A stretch of 63,692 nt of DNA, counting the filler, from a candidate division TA06 bacterium SM23_40 (GTDB lineage Bacteria; LJUI01; SM1-40): assembly GCA_001303705.1 (NCBI GenBank). It is 6 parts of 6 records of this genome, joined end to end, with 100 filler letters (N's around TTAATTAATTAA, not from the genome) between each part and the next. Parts side by side here need not be neighbours in the genome. Positions count along the whole stretch, not along the records: positions 22,890 to 38,233 come from LJUI01000063.1; positions 38,334 to 51,806 come from LJUI01000064.1; 4 more parts are not named here. One strand, given 5' to 3'. Below are positions 35,601-45,965 of the stretch, one piece after another; the stretch's first letter is position 1; each line of letters begins with the position of its first letter. A program made the position numbers and the translations under genes. The notes beneath the pieces were generated by a model. The model worked only from the letters and a program-made list of their open reading frames with translations. It was not told the origin of the DNA and made no database searches.

Positions 35601-37006
35601 TTGGTGGTAAGCCATTCCTGCAATTAGAGATAGATGAACACTCAGCAGATGCCGGGATCGTGACCCGGTGCGAGGCGTTCTTCGACAGCATTGAGGGAGC
35701 CAGGCGCAGCCCCCCTCCGCCACCAGTCCAAAAGCCCGGGCGAACGCTCAGCCCGGTGGAGAGGGACGGCCGCGCCATATACATACCACGGATGGCTGAT
35801 CACGCGCTCGTCATTGCAGCAGCGTACCGGGCGTGCGGAGTCGAGGCGCACGCCCTGCCCCCCTCCGACCAAGAGACCCTTCAGCTCGGCAGACAGTACA
35901 CCTCAGGCAGAGAGTGCTTCCCGTTCCTCCTCACGACGGGCGATTTCCTGAAGAAGCTCCGGGATCCGCACTTCGATCCGTCCCGGAGTGCCTTCTTCAT
36001 GGCGACCGCTGACGGCCCGTGCCGGTTCGGCCAGTATCACAGGCTCCAGCGGATGCTCCTCGATGAGCTGGGACTGAGAGACCTGACTCTTATCACTCCG
36101 GGGTCGGGAGACGCATATACTAAGGTCGAGCTCGCTGGCAGGGGATTCCAGAAGTTGGGGTGGAGGGGAGTAGTGGCTACCGACATCCTCACCAAGCTTC
36201 TCCATCAGACGCGGCCCTATGAGAGAGTACCGGGCAGTGCCGACCGTCTCTATGCACGCGCCCTCAGGAAGATCTGTCGTGAGGTCGAAGCGGGAGGCAA
36301 CACCTTGAGTGCTACGATGAGAGAGATCGCGGAGGAGTTCAGGGGGCTCCAGATCAGCCGCACGGCGCGGCGGCCGGTCATCGGCATCGTGGGTGAGATC
36401 TACATACGGTCGAACAGCTTCAGCAATAGCGAGCTCATCCGCCGCATAGAAGCTCTCGGAGGCGAAGTCTCACTCGCACCGATCGCCGAGTGGTTCTACT
36501 ACACCAATTACAGATGCAAGCAAGACAGTCTGTCGGAAGGCAATTGGCCGAAGGCCCTGAAGGTCTGGCTCAAGAATCTATTCCAGAGGCTGGACGAGCG
36601 CCGCCTCGTCGAACTGGCATCGGACCTTCTGGAGTCAGGGCAGGAGCCGCCCACAGAGCGAATCCTCGAGAAGGCGGCTCCCTACCTCCATGCGTCATTC
36701 GGGGGAGAGGCTATCCTCAGCGTCGGCAAGTCCGTGGAACTCATCGAATCCGGGGTCTCCGGGATCGTCAACGTGATGCCCTTCACCTGTATGCCCGGCA
36801 TGATTGTCGCTGCTATCTCGAAGCAACTGCGCGAGCACTTCCCGTCGATTCCCTGGCTCAACCTCAGCTACGACGGGCAGAAAGACTTGAGCATAGAGAC
36901 GCGACTGGAGGCATTCATCCACCAGACAAGGGCTTCCACGAGTCCGCAGCGTGATGGCGAACGCTTCCGCCACGCGCTGCTCGAGACAGAGAAGCTGGAA
37001 GTCTGA
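32675..37006 (+). CDS. Multidomain CoA-substrate-specific enzyme activase (two BadF/BadG/BcrA/BcrD ATPase domains plus DUF2229-like domains)
   Basis: GIDAGS / GVDIGS, EMGGEDSK / EIGGQDSK, two CAAGTGSFL, CSVF / CTVF, CKACENTC, FKCGPD and PFTCMPG. Confidence 0.9.
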   Translation: MREDLAADSSGDVYLGIDAGSVSINTVVIDRTGEVLEEHYTRTNGRPVETVIHVLSDVLLRFPPERIACVATTGSGGKLIASLSNGHFVNEIVAQAASTARLLPDVRTVIEMGGEDSKLIILDPDPATGTVGLRDFAMNTICAAGTGSFLDQQASRMGISIEDEFGALALRSTSPPRIAGRCSVFAKSDMIHLQQIGTPDYDIVAGLCHAVTRSFLSNVGRGKEFTPPISFHGGVAANKGVVRAFEQALGLSPGELIIPRYHASMGAIGAVLQTVRSAELRPPRFDWLGTTGAIPSSASSRTGETPFCLSGSTVPHHVDYEKENERTAYTMVHSIPDGMIEDVFIGVDIGSLSTNVVAIDRQKRVVARRYLRTAGRPLVAVQRGLAEIGEEIGDRVRVHGIGTTGSGRYLSGDFVGADVVRNEITAQAVAAIEIDPTVDTIFEIGGQDSKYVGLHRGAVVDFTMNKVCAAGTGSFLEEQAEKLNIDIVEDFGTRALAAHTPADLGDRCTVFMESDLIDHQQRGAELNDLVAGLSYSIVHNYLNRVVGERRIGERIFFQGGVAWNRGVVKAFEDVTGKSITVPPHHDVTGAIGAAILAMEWADAHPEEETTFKGFDLSTRTYESTTVVCKACENTCEIRKVTFQGERPRYYGTRCERFEIDTGAKQEERDIPDLFAERQEMLLGSLSSSASGSRTGGRPRIGIPRTLSFYELLPFWRSFFETLGCEVVLSPESTRPLIRRSIESSVAETCFPARVVHGHVLHLAESDVDAIFLPSIINQDMSEKRFVQNYLCPIVQAIPYVIRAAFEGTGLGVELLTPPVHFGSSAKRLAKDLEPIAHYVGASSGEFHHAIDEGNRQQRLFREHRMQKGKEILDELHKWDRAVVIISRAYNGCDRGINLDLPRKLADLGALAIPIDLLPLEEIDISDRYPDMYWWYGQKILAAAELVARTPRLQMVYLTNFKCGPDSFILHLVREVLGGKPFLQLEIDEHSADAGIVTRCEAFFDSIEGARRSPPPPPVQKPGRTLSPVERDGRAIYIPRMADHALVIAAAYRACGVEAHALPPSDQETLQLGRQYTSGRECFPFLLTTGDFLKKLRDPHFDPSRSAFFMATADGPCRFGQYHRLQRMLLDELGLRDLTLITPGSGDAYTKVELAGRGFQKLGWRGVVATDILTKLLHQTRPYERVPGSADRLYARALRKICREVEAGGNTLSATMREIAEEFRGLQISRTARRPVIGIVGEIYIRSNSFSNSELIRRIEALGGEVSLAPIAEWFYYTNYRCKQDSLSEGNWPKALKVWLKNLFQRLDERRLVELASDLLESGQEPPTERILEKAAPYLHASFGGEAILSVGKSVELIESGVSGIVNVMPFTCMPGMIVAAISKQLREHFPSIPWLNLSYDGQKDLSIETRLEAFIHQTRASTSPQRDGERFRHALLETEKLEV

Positions 37007-37011
37007 GTCCA

Positions 37012-38112
37012 TCATCGCTCTCCCACGAGTTTCTCACCTGTCCCGATCTCGGCGATCTTCTCCTCCGTCCGTCTCAGCAGATCCCATGCCTGCTCGATTA
37101 TCTGGGCAAACCGCTTATCCGGATCCGGGTTCCTGGCGAGAATGAGCACAGCGCGGCACTCTTCCAGGGTCTCATCATACCTCTCGAGTTCATACAGCGC
37201 CTCGGCCAGACCGTAGCGGCACGTGACCAGATTGAGACTCGAGCTCGCCTTTTCGTCTTCTAAGATCAGTTCCAGCAGGCGACGCCACGCCTGTTCAGCC
37301 CGCTGCCAGTCTTCCTTCGCCTCCATCACTCTGGCAGAGGACCAGGCGAACGTGCGGGAATCCGGATAGGCTGCAACCAGATCAGAGACCAGAGCGACCG
37401 CTTCCTCATGTCTCTGCTCCTCGACGAGGAACCAGATAAGCGCATCCTGCGCCGCGATCCTCGCATATTTCCCCCGCTCCATCGCCAGCCGCACCTCCTC
37501 CATGCCGCGCTCGCGATCATCCGGGACGAACGGAAGCCATGTCAGGAAGCGAGCAAGCTTCGTCTTGAGGTAGTGATATCCGCCCAGCCCGAGGTAGGCA
37601 TCGTATAGCGTCGAGTCGCATTCCACCGCGCGTCCCAGGGATCCGATCGCGCGCATTCCGTCCCTGAATGCAGACAAGTAGCGAGCTTTCCTTACCTGGT
37701 GCGTCGCCCGGTAGCCATATGCGCTTCCCAGGAAGAAGTGGCTCCAGGCGTTTTCTGGATCGTCCTTGAGCTGTCCAGATGCACGCCGAATCGTCTCTCC
37801 TATTAGTGCCATGAACTCCTCTTCGCCATCATCAGTTCCGTAGTCGACCATGCGCATCTCGAGCAGCCCGGCCTGAAAGAACGGGCTCGCCGGACCCCCG
37901 GGATCGAACCGCTCGGCCTGCCTGAACATCTCCATGGCATCTTCGTATTCTTCGTGATATGCGAAGTCGAGCCCCCACTCGACCACCAGGCTGAGCGAGT
38001 CAGCCGGCTGTTCTGCCCCCCGACACGCCCCGGCCGATACGAGGAACAGGAGCGAGAGAACACTGAGTGTGAGGCGTTCCTGAGCAACTACGGACGGTCT
38101 TCCCGCATTCAT
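37012..38112 (-). CDS. Exported TPR-repeat protein
   Basis: Signal-like N-terminus and helical TPR patterns (HFFLGSAYG, DAYLGLGGYHY, YGLAEALY). Confidence 0.8.
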   Translation of the reverse strand: MNAGRPSVVAQERLTLSVLSLLFLVSAGACRGAEQPADSLSLVVEWGLDFAYHEEYEDAMEMFRQAERFDPGGPASPFFQAGLLEMRMVDYGTDDGEEEFMALIGETIRRASGQLKDDPENAWSHFFLGSAYGYRATHQVRKARYLSAFRDGMRAIGSLGRAVECDSTLYDAYLGLGGYHYLKTKLARFLTWLPFVPDDRERGMEEVRLAMERGKYARIAAQDALIWFLVEEQRHEEAVALVSDLVAAYPDSRTFAWSSARVMEAKEDWQRAEQAWRRLLELILEDEKASSSLNLVTCRYGLAEALYELERYDETLEECRAVLILARNPDPDKRFAQIIEQAWDLLRRTEEKIAEIGTGEKLVGER

Positions 38113-38128
38113 CTCCTTGACCCACCTG

Positions 38129-38233
38129 TCAGTCGCTGCTCAGAGAGGGATAGACGATCCCGAATCGCCGGCGGTAGTACCAGCGCAGAGCCGAATAGGT
38201 CACAACGAGAACGATGAAATAGGCAGGAAAGAT
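38129..38233 (-). CDS. C-terminal fragment of a membrane protein (contig edge)
   Basis: IFPAYFIVLVVTYSALRWYYRRRFGIVYPSLSSD* ends just upstream of the TPR gene SD. Confidence 0.5.
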   Translation of the reverse strand: MFPAYFIVLVVTYSALRWYYRRRFGIVYPSLSSD

Positions 38234-38333
38234 NNNNNNNNNNNNNNNNNNNNNNNNNNNNNNNNNNNNNNNNNNNNTTAATTAATTAANNNNNNNNNNN
38301 NNNNNNNNNNNNNNNNNNNNNNNNNNNNNNNNN
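38234..38333. other. Artificial contig linker
   Basis: N-run/TTAATTAATTAA/N-run. Confidence 0.99.
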
Positions 38334-39141
38334 CGATGTTGTTCGCCCCTTCGAATATGGAGTTCCCGGGCTTCGGCGTCTCGGCCACGGTTCCTGCCGC
38401 CCCCTTGGAGAGGTGCGCTAAGACGGAAGCGGGAAGCTCCTCGCCCAGACCGTATCGGGAGATGATGGTGAGGCACTCCCCGAACGTGCTCTCGTCCGCC
38501 ACGGTAGGACCTGAGGCGATGACATCGAGCCGTTCGCGGATCACATCGGAGAGGATGAGCGTCACCACGGGCGCAGGCGCCGCGGCCTCAGCCAGACGGC
38601 CGCCCTTTATCCGCGAAATATGCTTGCGGATTGCGTTCATCTCGTTGATCGTCGCTCCGGAGCGCAGCAGCATGGAGGTCGCCGCCTGCTTCTCCTCAAG
38701 GGTGACCGCCCCCACCGGCAGAGGGAGCAGAGCCGATCCCCCGCCCGACAAAAGGACAATCACGAGGTCGTGCTCGCCCGCTCCCCTGGCGATCGCGAGT
38801 AAGGCCTCGGCAGCCCGCTCGCCCGTCTGGTCCGGAATAGGATGGCCCGCCTCCCGCAGCTCGATTCGCCCGAGCTCTGCCACATATCCGTACTTGACGA
38901 CCACAAGCCCCGAGGTGATGCGGTCGCCGAGAATCTCCTCAACTGCTCGCGCCATCGATGCACCAGCCTTACCCGCCCCCACCACGAAGACATGTCCCAC
39001 GGTTCCGAGATCGTACCGGCGCTCGCCGACAGAGAGCATTTCTCCTCTCTTCGTCATAAAGCGATGCACCGCCCTGCCAGGATCAACGGCCCGGAGGGCG
39101 GCATCAAATATGCGGTGTGCGTCTGTGCGAAGACGATTCAT
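38334..39141 (-). CDS. Glycerate 2-kinase (GckA/TtuD, MOFRL family), 3'-truncated
   Basis: VVGAGKAG, EAGHPIPD, LLSGGGSAL, RKHISRIKGGRLA, ILSDV, IASGPT and ETPKPG. Confidence 0.92.
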
Positions 39142-39452
39142 TGAGTCAGATCCCGGCGAATCGACTGGTGGCTCTCCTCTCTGCATCGGTCACCTGTTGC
39201 TGCAGTCGCTCCTGTTCGGGTCCAATATATTCTCTCTCCCAGATGGGCCAGTTGATACGGCCCACATCCGCACCATATACAACAGATATCTGCAAGAGAC
39301 CCCACAGCCAGTTCTCCGAACCAGCACATACCGAATTAACCTCGCTGTGGCGACGATTGTACACAACCAGTATCTGCCAGACAAGCGCTTTTCTCATGTG
39401 TGCCGATCCCTCGATCAGCTCCCTGACGAGAATTAAGGGGGTATCAGGGCGA

Positions 39453-39481
39453 TTGACACCCTGCTCTCGTTATGGTATCTT
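39453..39481 (+). promoter_or_regulatory. sigma70-type promoter
   Basis: TTGACA-17 nt-TATCTT with extended TG, upstream of the FG-GAP gene. Confidence 0.6.
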
Positions 39482-39743
39482 CAGTAGGAACTGAGAAACC
39501 TGCATACAGACGCACCCGACGGTCCACTCCGAGACATCGAACAGGCGGCGGTCAGTTTCTTGGCCGCCCATATCGTTCAACTGCAGCATTGCGAGGTGTC
39601 GAATCATGGAAAAGGCGAATAGACGTAATGGCCAGCAGGCTGTAGGACGCATCGCGCGATCGAGGGCCCGGGTCGGCCCCGCAGTCTCCTCGAACCGCGC
39701 CAACCCCGCAACGCCGGTTTCTCGCCGCGGGCCCGTGAGCGCC

Positions 39744-41384
39744 ATGGTCTCGATCCCGACAGCAGTGATCTTGCTGACCGTCGTCAGCTGGTGGGCCGTT
39801 CCTCCTCGGATCGGCGCCCTCGAGATCACCACCCTCTGGTCCTATCCAATCGACGGCGGGGTGCTGCCCACCGCTGCAGTAGGGGACCTGGCCGAGGACG
39901 AAGGCCTGGAGGTCGTGGTGGGGGGAGCGTGGACGGTCTACGCGTTCACCAGTTCCGGATCGGTTCTCTAGACGTATCCCACCGGCAGCAGCTACAACAT
40001 CGTCTCGCCGCCCGCCGTTGCCGACATCGACGACGATGGTGATCTGGAGATCGTCGCCTCAACGGCGGAGCGCGTTTTCGCCCTCGACCACGAGGGCAAC
40101 GAGAGATGGAGCTTTCCGTTTCTGACCGCGGGCTCGATCCAGAATACGATCTCAGCTCCGGCAGCGGCCGACCTGGACGATGACAGAAAGCTCGAGATCC
40201 TCGTCGGCGAGTACGGCGGCACTCTCCACGTCCTCGATCCGGAGACAGGGACCGAAGAGTGGAACTTCCCCACCGGGTATATCATTGGCGCCTCGCCGAC
40301 GATCTCAGATCTGGAGGGCGACGGCTCGCTCGAGGTGCTGATCCCGAGTTTCGACCGCTATCTCCACTGCCTCGACGCAGAGGGGAATGAGATCTGGAGC
40401 TTCTACACGCCGGGTTCGGGCATAACAGGCTGGATGATCTCGACGCCGGCGGCGGGCGACGTCCGCGACGACGATAACCTCGAGATCGCCGCCACATCCA
40501 ACTACCACAGCATCTACCTCCTGGACGCTGAGGGGGCACCTCTCTGGCAGCACTCTCAGTACGGGTATGCCACGGCCTCGCCGGCGATCGGTGATATCGA
40601 CGGCCAGGGAGACAGAGAGATCATTGTCGGATACGGATCGTACCTCATCGCCCATGACCCGCAGGGAGCCGAGCTCTGGACATTCGATGTGGGAGCCGGG
40701 TACGACATCATCTCCTCCCCGGCGCTTGCCGACCTGGATGGCGACGGGCAGCTGGAGGCCATCATCGGAGATATCGATGCGGACCAGCCGAATGACCCGA
40801 CGAGAAAGGCCTGGATCGTCTCCTCGACCGGGGACGAACTCTGGTCGATGGAACTGGGCGGGGTACCGGGCGCACCCGTCGTCGCCGACATCAACGACGA
40901 TGGGCAGATGGAGATCATGATCGGCACTCGCGCCGGCCACATCTTCTACGTCTTCCAGGCAGACTCGGTCCTCCCCGAGACCGGCCTCGTCGAATGGGGG
41001 ATGTTCCACCACGATCCCTGGCATACGGGACTTCATGGGTTCGAGATCACCACGGCACCGGTCGAGGTGACACTCACTCCGGAGTCCACAACCCTCTCCC
41101 CCGGGGATACGCTCAAGATCGACGTGGTCCTCTCGAACAGGACGGCCGAGTGGCAGACGTTCGCCTTCGCCACCGTAGTGAAGCTCCCTAACAATCCCCG
41201 TTGTCGGTCTGTTGTGGGCCCCCTCGAGCTCACGCTCTTCCCCGAGGCTGTGATGACCGGCCAGCTCTCGCACGAGGTGCCGCTCATAGCGCCGGAAGGC
41301 GATTATCAGTACCGAGCGCTTGTCGGCACGTCACCCGAGGATATCTGGGACGATGACGAGTTCACGTTCACCGTGGTGCCGTAG
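39744..41384 (+). pseudogene. Secreted FG-GAP/VCBS-like repeat beta-propeller protein with an in-frame TAG at 39969-39971
   Basis: Signal peptide and repeated SPAxxDxDxDGxxEI motifs. The frame is open on both sides of the TAG, which falls on the repeat's conserved Trp. An alternative start lies at 39606. Confidence 0.82.
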
Positions 41385-41454
41385 CAGTTCGGAACTGCAG
41401 TTCTGCGCCCTCCCTGCACATCGGCGAGGAAGCCGACGGGGAGGATGTATCTTT

Positions 41455-42342
41455 TCAGAATCCCAGTTTCCGAATCTTCCTCTCAAGAGACTTCGGGAGG
41501 CGCCTTCCTCTTGGCTCCTCCCCTGGCGCTATGAGGGTCGAACCGCCTACTCGGAGCCTGAGGTATGGACCGTACGTCCATCCATAAAAGAAGCCGATGC
41601 CGTCTCCCTGCACATTTCCTTCTGTTCCTTCCTCCACAGGGTACGACCTCAACGCAGAGGGCCACAAGCGTCCGCCGCTGTACAGCAGAGTATCTATCTC
41701 AGCCAAGCAGGGAAATAGCTGCGACGAGGCAAAGGTTATGGATCTGTCGGGAAGCAGGGTATCGACGTCACATTCGAACCGTGCATAGCTTCCTAACGTA
41801 TCCACATACTCATAGTACAACGAGAACTCAACGTGGTATACATCGGCTCCATATGCTGCGGCCCATTCGACCGTCAGCCCCGAACCCAGGGGAATCGTGT
41901 CGACGACCGAGGTGTCATGTGAGGTGAGTTCGAAATGGCCGGGAAGCATGGTCGATGCGTAAGCGATCCCCGAGCTTCCGTTGAGCAAGATGCCAGTAAC
42001 GACGAGTCGAGCCGAATCACCGGGGAAGAGTGGGAAATTTCCGGAAGTGAAGTAGTAGGCCCATCGGCTAGGATATGGGAACCTGTTATAGGGCACCCTG
42101 ATTCCGTTGACTTCGACTCTTGGAAGTGCGGGAGTATTCTGAACCAGCAGACTGACGAGAGCCGTCGTATCGGCTGTAAGCCAGTTGTCGGTCTCCGCCC
42201 ATCCCATTACGTACAAGACCGTCTCTCTGGGAACACCCGCTGGCCCTGCCGGGCCTGTAGACCCGCGACAGCCCGCAGCAACTGCCGCTGCGATGATCAC
42301 GACTGTCATGAGTACTTTCCTGGTGTTCTCGTTCTTTTTCAT
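41455..42342 (-). CDS. Hypothetical lipoprotein
   Basis: GGAGG SD; lipobox AAG-C followed by a short GPAGPAG collagen-like stretch. Confidence 0.7.
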   Translation of the reverse strand: MKKNENTRKVLMTVVIIAAAVAAGCRGSTGPAGPAGVPRETVLYVMGWAETDNWLTADTTALVSLLVQNTPALPRVEVNGIRVPYNRFPYPSRWAYYFTSGNFPLFPGDSARLVVTGILLNGSSGIAYASTMLPGHFELTSHDTSVVDTIPLGSGLTVEWAAAYGADVYHVEFSLYYEYVDTLGSYARFECDVDTLLPDRSITFASSQLFPCLAEIDTLLYSGGRLWPSALRSYPVEEGTEGNVQGDGIGFFYGWTYGPYLRLRVGGSTLIAPGEEPRGRRLPKSLERKIRKLGF

Positions 42343-42570
42343 GGCACGCCTCCACTCTTCGATCAAAATCTACGGTGACTCGGTCCTCCCGGATTGTGAG
42401 CTTCCCGACCCGCCCTGACACGTTCATGATGTGCGTACTCCATAAGAAAATGGCTACAGTTCTTGATAACCGTAGCCATCAGGCGCTTGATCTCATCTTC
42501 GCCACCCCTCTCTTCGCAAGCGTGCGGCATCCGCGACGCACGCCGGCCGCTGGAGCGGCCTCTCCGACCC

Positions 42571-44466
42571 TTACTCCCGGTCTTCTCCCTTCACCTTCCT
42601 GGCCAGAATGCGCTCATCGCCGACGCGGCGCGTGAAGCCGATCCTGTCGAAGTACTCGAGGAGCGGCACGGAGTATTTACGGCTTGAGCCGAAGAGGTCG
42701 CGCACCTGGCTCACCGTGATGCTGCCGTTCTCCCTCAGCTTCGCCCCCAGGCCCTCCCTGATCTGGGCTATGGCATCTCTATGAAATATCAGATCCTCGG
42801 ATACGCGGGTCAGCTCGCCCGTCTCCAGAAGATAGAAGAGCACCTCCTCCGCCACACCGCGTTCCTCCCCGAACGGATCGAGCACCTGATTCCTGGAAGG
42901 AGGCTGGAACTTACCCTGGCGATAGAGTTCCTCGATCCGTCTCCTGACCTCTTCCTGTCTCGCCGTCAAGGTCGGCCTGAAGGAGCTGAGGGCCACTCGG
43001 TCTCGTCTCACCTCGATGGTTTTCATTTGAGCAAGGATCTCATCGAACGCGCCCGCGCGGAGCTTCATCCTACTCCTCAACTCCTCTTTGGGCATGCCCG
43101 GCCTCAGCGGATTGCGACGATGGAACTCGGAGAGCAGGGAGCCGATCTTCTTCTCCAGTTCGTCCAACGACTGCCGGTGCACGAGATGAGCGCCGATGCG
43201 CCGCACCTCCCCGGCGTCGACCAGGCGCTGAACCGCCTCGCCGAGCTCTTCCGCGGATACGCTCAGGCTCTCGCGGAGCTCCCCCTCGGTCCGCTCGCCG
43301 AGCAACAAGCTCTCCCGTACCGCAGTGTCGAGCTCGGCCCCACCTCTTGCCTCGAGCGCCGTGACAACTTGTTCGTCGAATCGCTTGTGGCGTTCCGCCA
43401 CTGGATCGAGGATCGTCCCCCCGCCGATCAGCCAGAGCGGTGAGTAGTTGCGGAGCACGAACCGATCCCCCCGCAGCCCCGTCGTCTTCGCCTCGAGACG
43501 GAGCTGGGCCAGGCCCACCTGGCCGCCCTTCAGTTCCTCAGCATCGAGGAGGACCAGTCTGCCGATGATCTCCGCGCTGCCGATGGCGAGGCGAATACGC
43601 GTCCAGTTCTTGAGCCGCTCGACCTTCGGGAGTAGTTCAAGTCTGACATCGATCGTCTCAGTGGGGCGGAGGTACCCCGGAGCGGCAACGACCGCACCCC
43701 GCCTCAGCGCCTCACGCTTCACACCCGGTAGATTGAGGGCCACCCGCTGTCCTGCATGCGCCTCATCGGCCCGGGCTCCGTGTACCTGTACCTGCCGGGC
43801 CTTACTCTTCAGAACCTCGGGCAGCAGCTCCACCTCATCCCCCTCGCGGATCACGCCGGAGACAAGCGTGCCGGTGACTACGGTGCCAACACCTTTCATG
43901 GTGAAGACGCGATCGATCGGCAGCCGCGGCGGCATATCGAGCCTCCGCCCTTCGACGGCGGCAGCTGCCGAATCGAGTGCGGAGACGAGGTCGTCGAGGC
44001 CTTCTCGCGTCACGCCGGAGACCCGAACGATGGGACTCCCCTCCAGCGTCGTACCCGCAAGGAGCTCGTGCACCTCCTCCTCGGCCAGTTCCACTACCTC
44101 CTGTTCGACGAGATCGGTCTTCGTCATTGCAACGACTCCGTGAGAGACCCCGAGGAGGTGGAGGACAGTAAGGTGATCGCGCGTCTGTGGCATCACACCC
44201 TCGTCGGCAGCAACGACCAACAGGGCGAGATCGATGCCCCCGATGCCGGCGAGCATGTTCTTCATAAAACGTTCGTGGCCGGGGACGTCGATGACGCCGA
44301 CCCGGCCTACACTGGGGAGTTCCAGCGGCGCAAACCCGAGTTCAATCGACAGTTCCCGCCGCTTCTCTTCTTCGAGTCGATCGGTGTCGATCCCGGTGAG
44401 CGCTTTGATGAGCGTCGTCTTCCCGTGATCGACGTGTCCCGCCGTCCCCACGATCACATGCTTCAA
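42571..44466 (-). CDS. selB: Selenocysteine-specific elongation factor
   Basis: [23 protein letters not shown] and a C-terminal winged helix [13 protein letters not shown]...TRRVGDER; overlaps selA. Confidence 0.97.
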   Translation of the reverse strand: MKHVIVGTAGHVDHGKTTLIKALTGIDTDRLEEEKRRELSIELGFAPLELPSVGRVGVIDVPGHERFMKNMLAGIGGIDLALLVVAADEGVMPQTRDHLTVLHLLGVSHGVVAMTKTDLVEQEVVELAEEEVHELLAGTTLEGSPIVRVSGVTREGLDDLVSALDSAAAAVEGRRLDMPPRLPIDRVFTMKGVGTVVTGTLVSGVIREGDEVELLPEVLKSKARQVQVHGARADEAHAGQRVALNLPGVKREALRRGAVVAAPGYLRPTETIDVRLELLPKVERLKNWTRIRLAIGSAEIIGRLVLLDAEELKGGQVGLAQLRLEAKTTGLRGDRFVLRNYSPLWLIGGGTILDPVAERHKRFDEQVVTALEARGGAELDTAVRESLLLGERTEGELRESLSVSAEELGEAVQRLVDAGEVRRIGAHLVHRQSLDELEKKIGSLLSEFHRRNPLRPGMPKEELRSRMKLRAGAFDEILAQMKTIEVRRDRVALSSFRPTLTARQEEVRRRIEELYRQGKFQPPSRNQVLDPFGEERGVAEEVLFYLLETGELTRVSEDLIFHRDAIAQIREGLGAKLRENGSITVSQVRDLFGSSRKYSVPLLEYFDRIGFTRRVGDERILARKVKGEDRE

Positions 44467-45914
44467 TGTGCGCCCAACTCCTCTCTCAGCCGGGACGCGG
44501 CGGCGATTATCTCGGTGCCCTCACCTCGCTGCAGGGTGCGGACGTCGAATACGACCCGGTCACCTTCGATTCGCGCGATGATCGGCGGATCATGAGAACG
44601 CAGCCAGTCAGCCAGCCACGCAGCGCTCTTGTGCGCAATCCTGAGAGCAACCAGATATGTGGGAATGACCTGACCGGGAAGCGAGCCGCCGCCGACAGCC
44701 GACATACCCTCGACTACCTCCACATCTCCGTGCTCGCCCAGCGTCGAAGCGAGCCGCCTGGCCAGCCGGCGCGCCTCGCCCCTGACCGATCGGATCGGCC
44801 TGGCGATCATCTTGAATACCGGAATCTCATCCTCGACGCCCACGCCAGCCTGGTAGATACGAAGCGTCGCCGTGAGGGCGGCAAGAGTGAGTTTATCGAC
44901 ACGCAGAGCCCTGGCCAGGGGGTTGCGCCTCATCGGCTGCACTAGATGGGTCCGCCCGAGGACGATCCCTCCCTGGGGGCCTCCCAGGAGCTTGTCCCCG
45001 CTGAACGTAACGATGTCGATCCCCGACCGCACCGACTCTCCCACAAGCGGTTCACCCACCAGCCCGTGCGGGGCGAGGTCGACGAGAAGCCCGCTGCCGA
45101 GATCCTCCATCGACATGATGCCGTGCCTGGCTCCGAGAGCGGCGAGGTCCTTCGCCCCGACCTCACAGCAGAACCCTACCATCCGATAGTTGGAGGTATG
45201 GCTGCGCAGGAGGATTGCCGTCTCCGGGCCAATGGCCTGCTCATAGTCTCTGACATATGTCCGGTTGGTTGTCCCCACCTCTACGAGCTTGGCTCCACTC
45301 CTCTCGAGCACGTCAGGCAGGCGGAAGGAATCCCCGATCTCGATCAACTGTCCCCTCGAGACGATCACCTCGCGCCCTTTCGCCCAGGTGTCGAGGGCGA
45401 GCAAGACAGCGGCAGCGTTGTTGTTGACGACGAGGGCATCTTCAGCGCCGGTCAGATCGCAGAGCAACTTCGTTACATGGTCGAGTCTCGATCCACGGAC
45501 CCCCTGTACAAGATCATATTCCAGATTGCTGTATAGGCCACCCACCTCCTCAAGCGCCTTGAGCGCAGCCCGCGGCAAGAGCGCGCGGCCGAGGTTGGTG
45601 TTGATGATGACGCCGGCGGCATTGATGACGCGACACGGGCCCACTCGGCCCTCCCGCCGCAGATCTTCCTCCACCTCGCTCAGAAACGACTCCCGGCCGA
45701 GGGCGACCGCTTCCAGCTCGTCTTCTCCTGCCTCCTCGATACGGATGCGCCATCTCTCAGCCACCCGACGCATCGAACTCGCGACGACCGTCCTGGGATA
45801 CCCGGCGAACCGCTCTCCCACCGAATCGTCGCGAAGGAGAGAATCGATCGAAGGTATCGCCCGATAGTATTCCCCGCGTCGGGCCGTGCTCGCATCATCT
45901 CCTGAACGACTCAT
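44463..45914 (-). CDS. selA: L-seryl-tRNA(Sec) selenium transferase
   Basis: VINAAGVIINTNLGRA, YSNLEYDL, VNNNAAAV, EVGTTNRT, EDLGSG and FSGDKLLGGPQ. Confidence 0.97.
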   Translation of the reverse strand: MSRSGDDASTARRGEYYRAIPSIDSLLRDDSVGERFAGYPRTVVASSMRRVAERWRIRIEEAGEDELEAVALGRESFLSEVEEDLRREGRVGPCRVINAAGVIINTNLGRALLPRAALKALEEVGGLYSNLEYDLVQGVRGSRLDHVTKLLCDLTGAEDALVVNNNAAAVLLALDTWAKGREVIVSRGQLIEIGDSFRLPDVLERSGAKLVEVGTTNRTYVRDYEQAIGPETAILLRSHTSNYRMVGFCCEVGAKDLAALGARHGIMSMEDLGSGLLVDLAPHGLVGEPLVGESVRSGIDIVTFSGDKLLGGPQGGIVLGRTHLVQPMRRNPLARALRVDKLTLAALTATLRIYQAGVGVEDEIPVFKMIARPIRSVRGEARRLARRLASTLGEHGDVEVVEGMSAVGGGSLPGQVIPTYLVALRIAHKSAAWLADWLRSHDPPIIARIEGDRVVFDVRTLQRGEGTEIIAAASRLREELGAH

Positions 45915-45965
45915 CAGGCCTATTTCCCCTCCTATCGACTCCTCTCCGATCCGACCCTCTGACGA

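Noticed and set aside
39146-39397. 83-aa minus-strand ORF upstream of glycerate kinase
   Set aside because: No recognisable motif or clear SD; it lies in a divergent promoter region.
42343-42570. Search for tRNA-Sec next to selAB
   Set aside because: No cloverleaf with a TCA anticodon was found here or elsewhere in the window.
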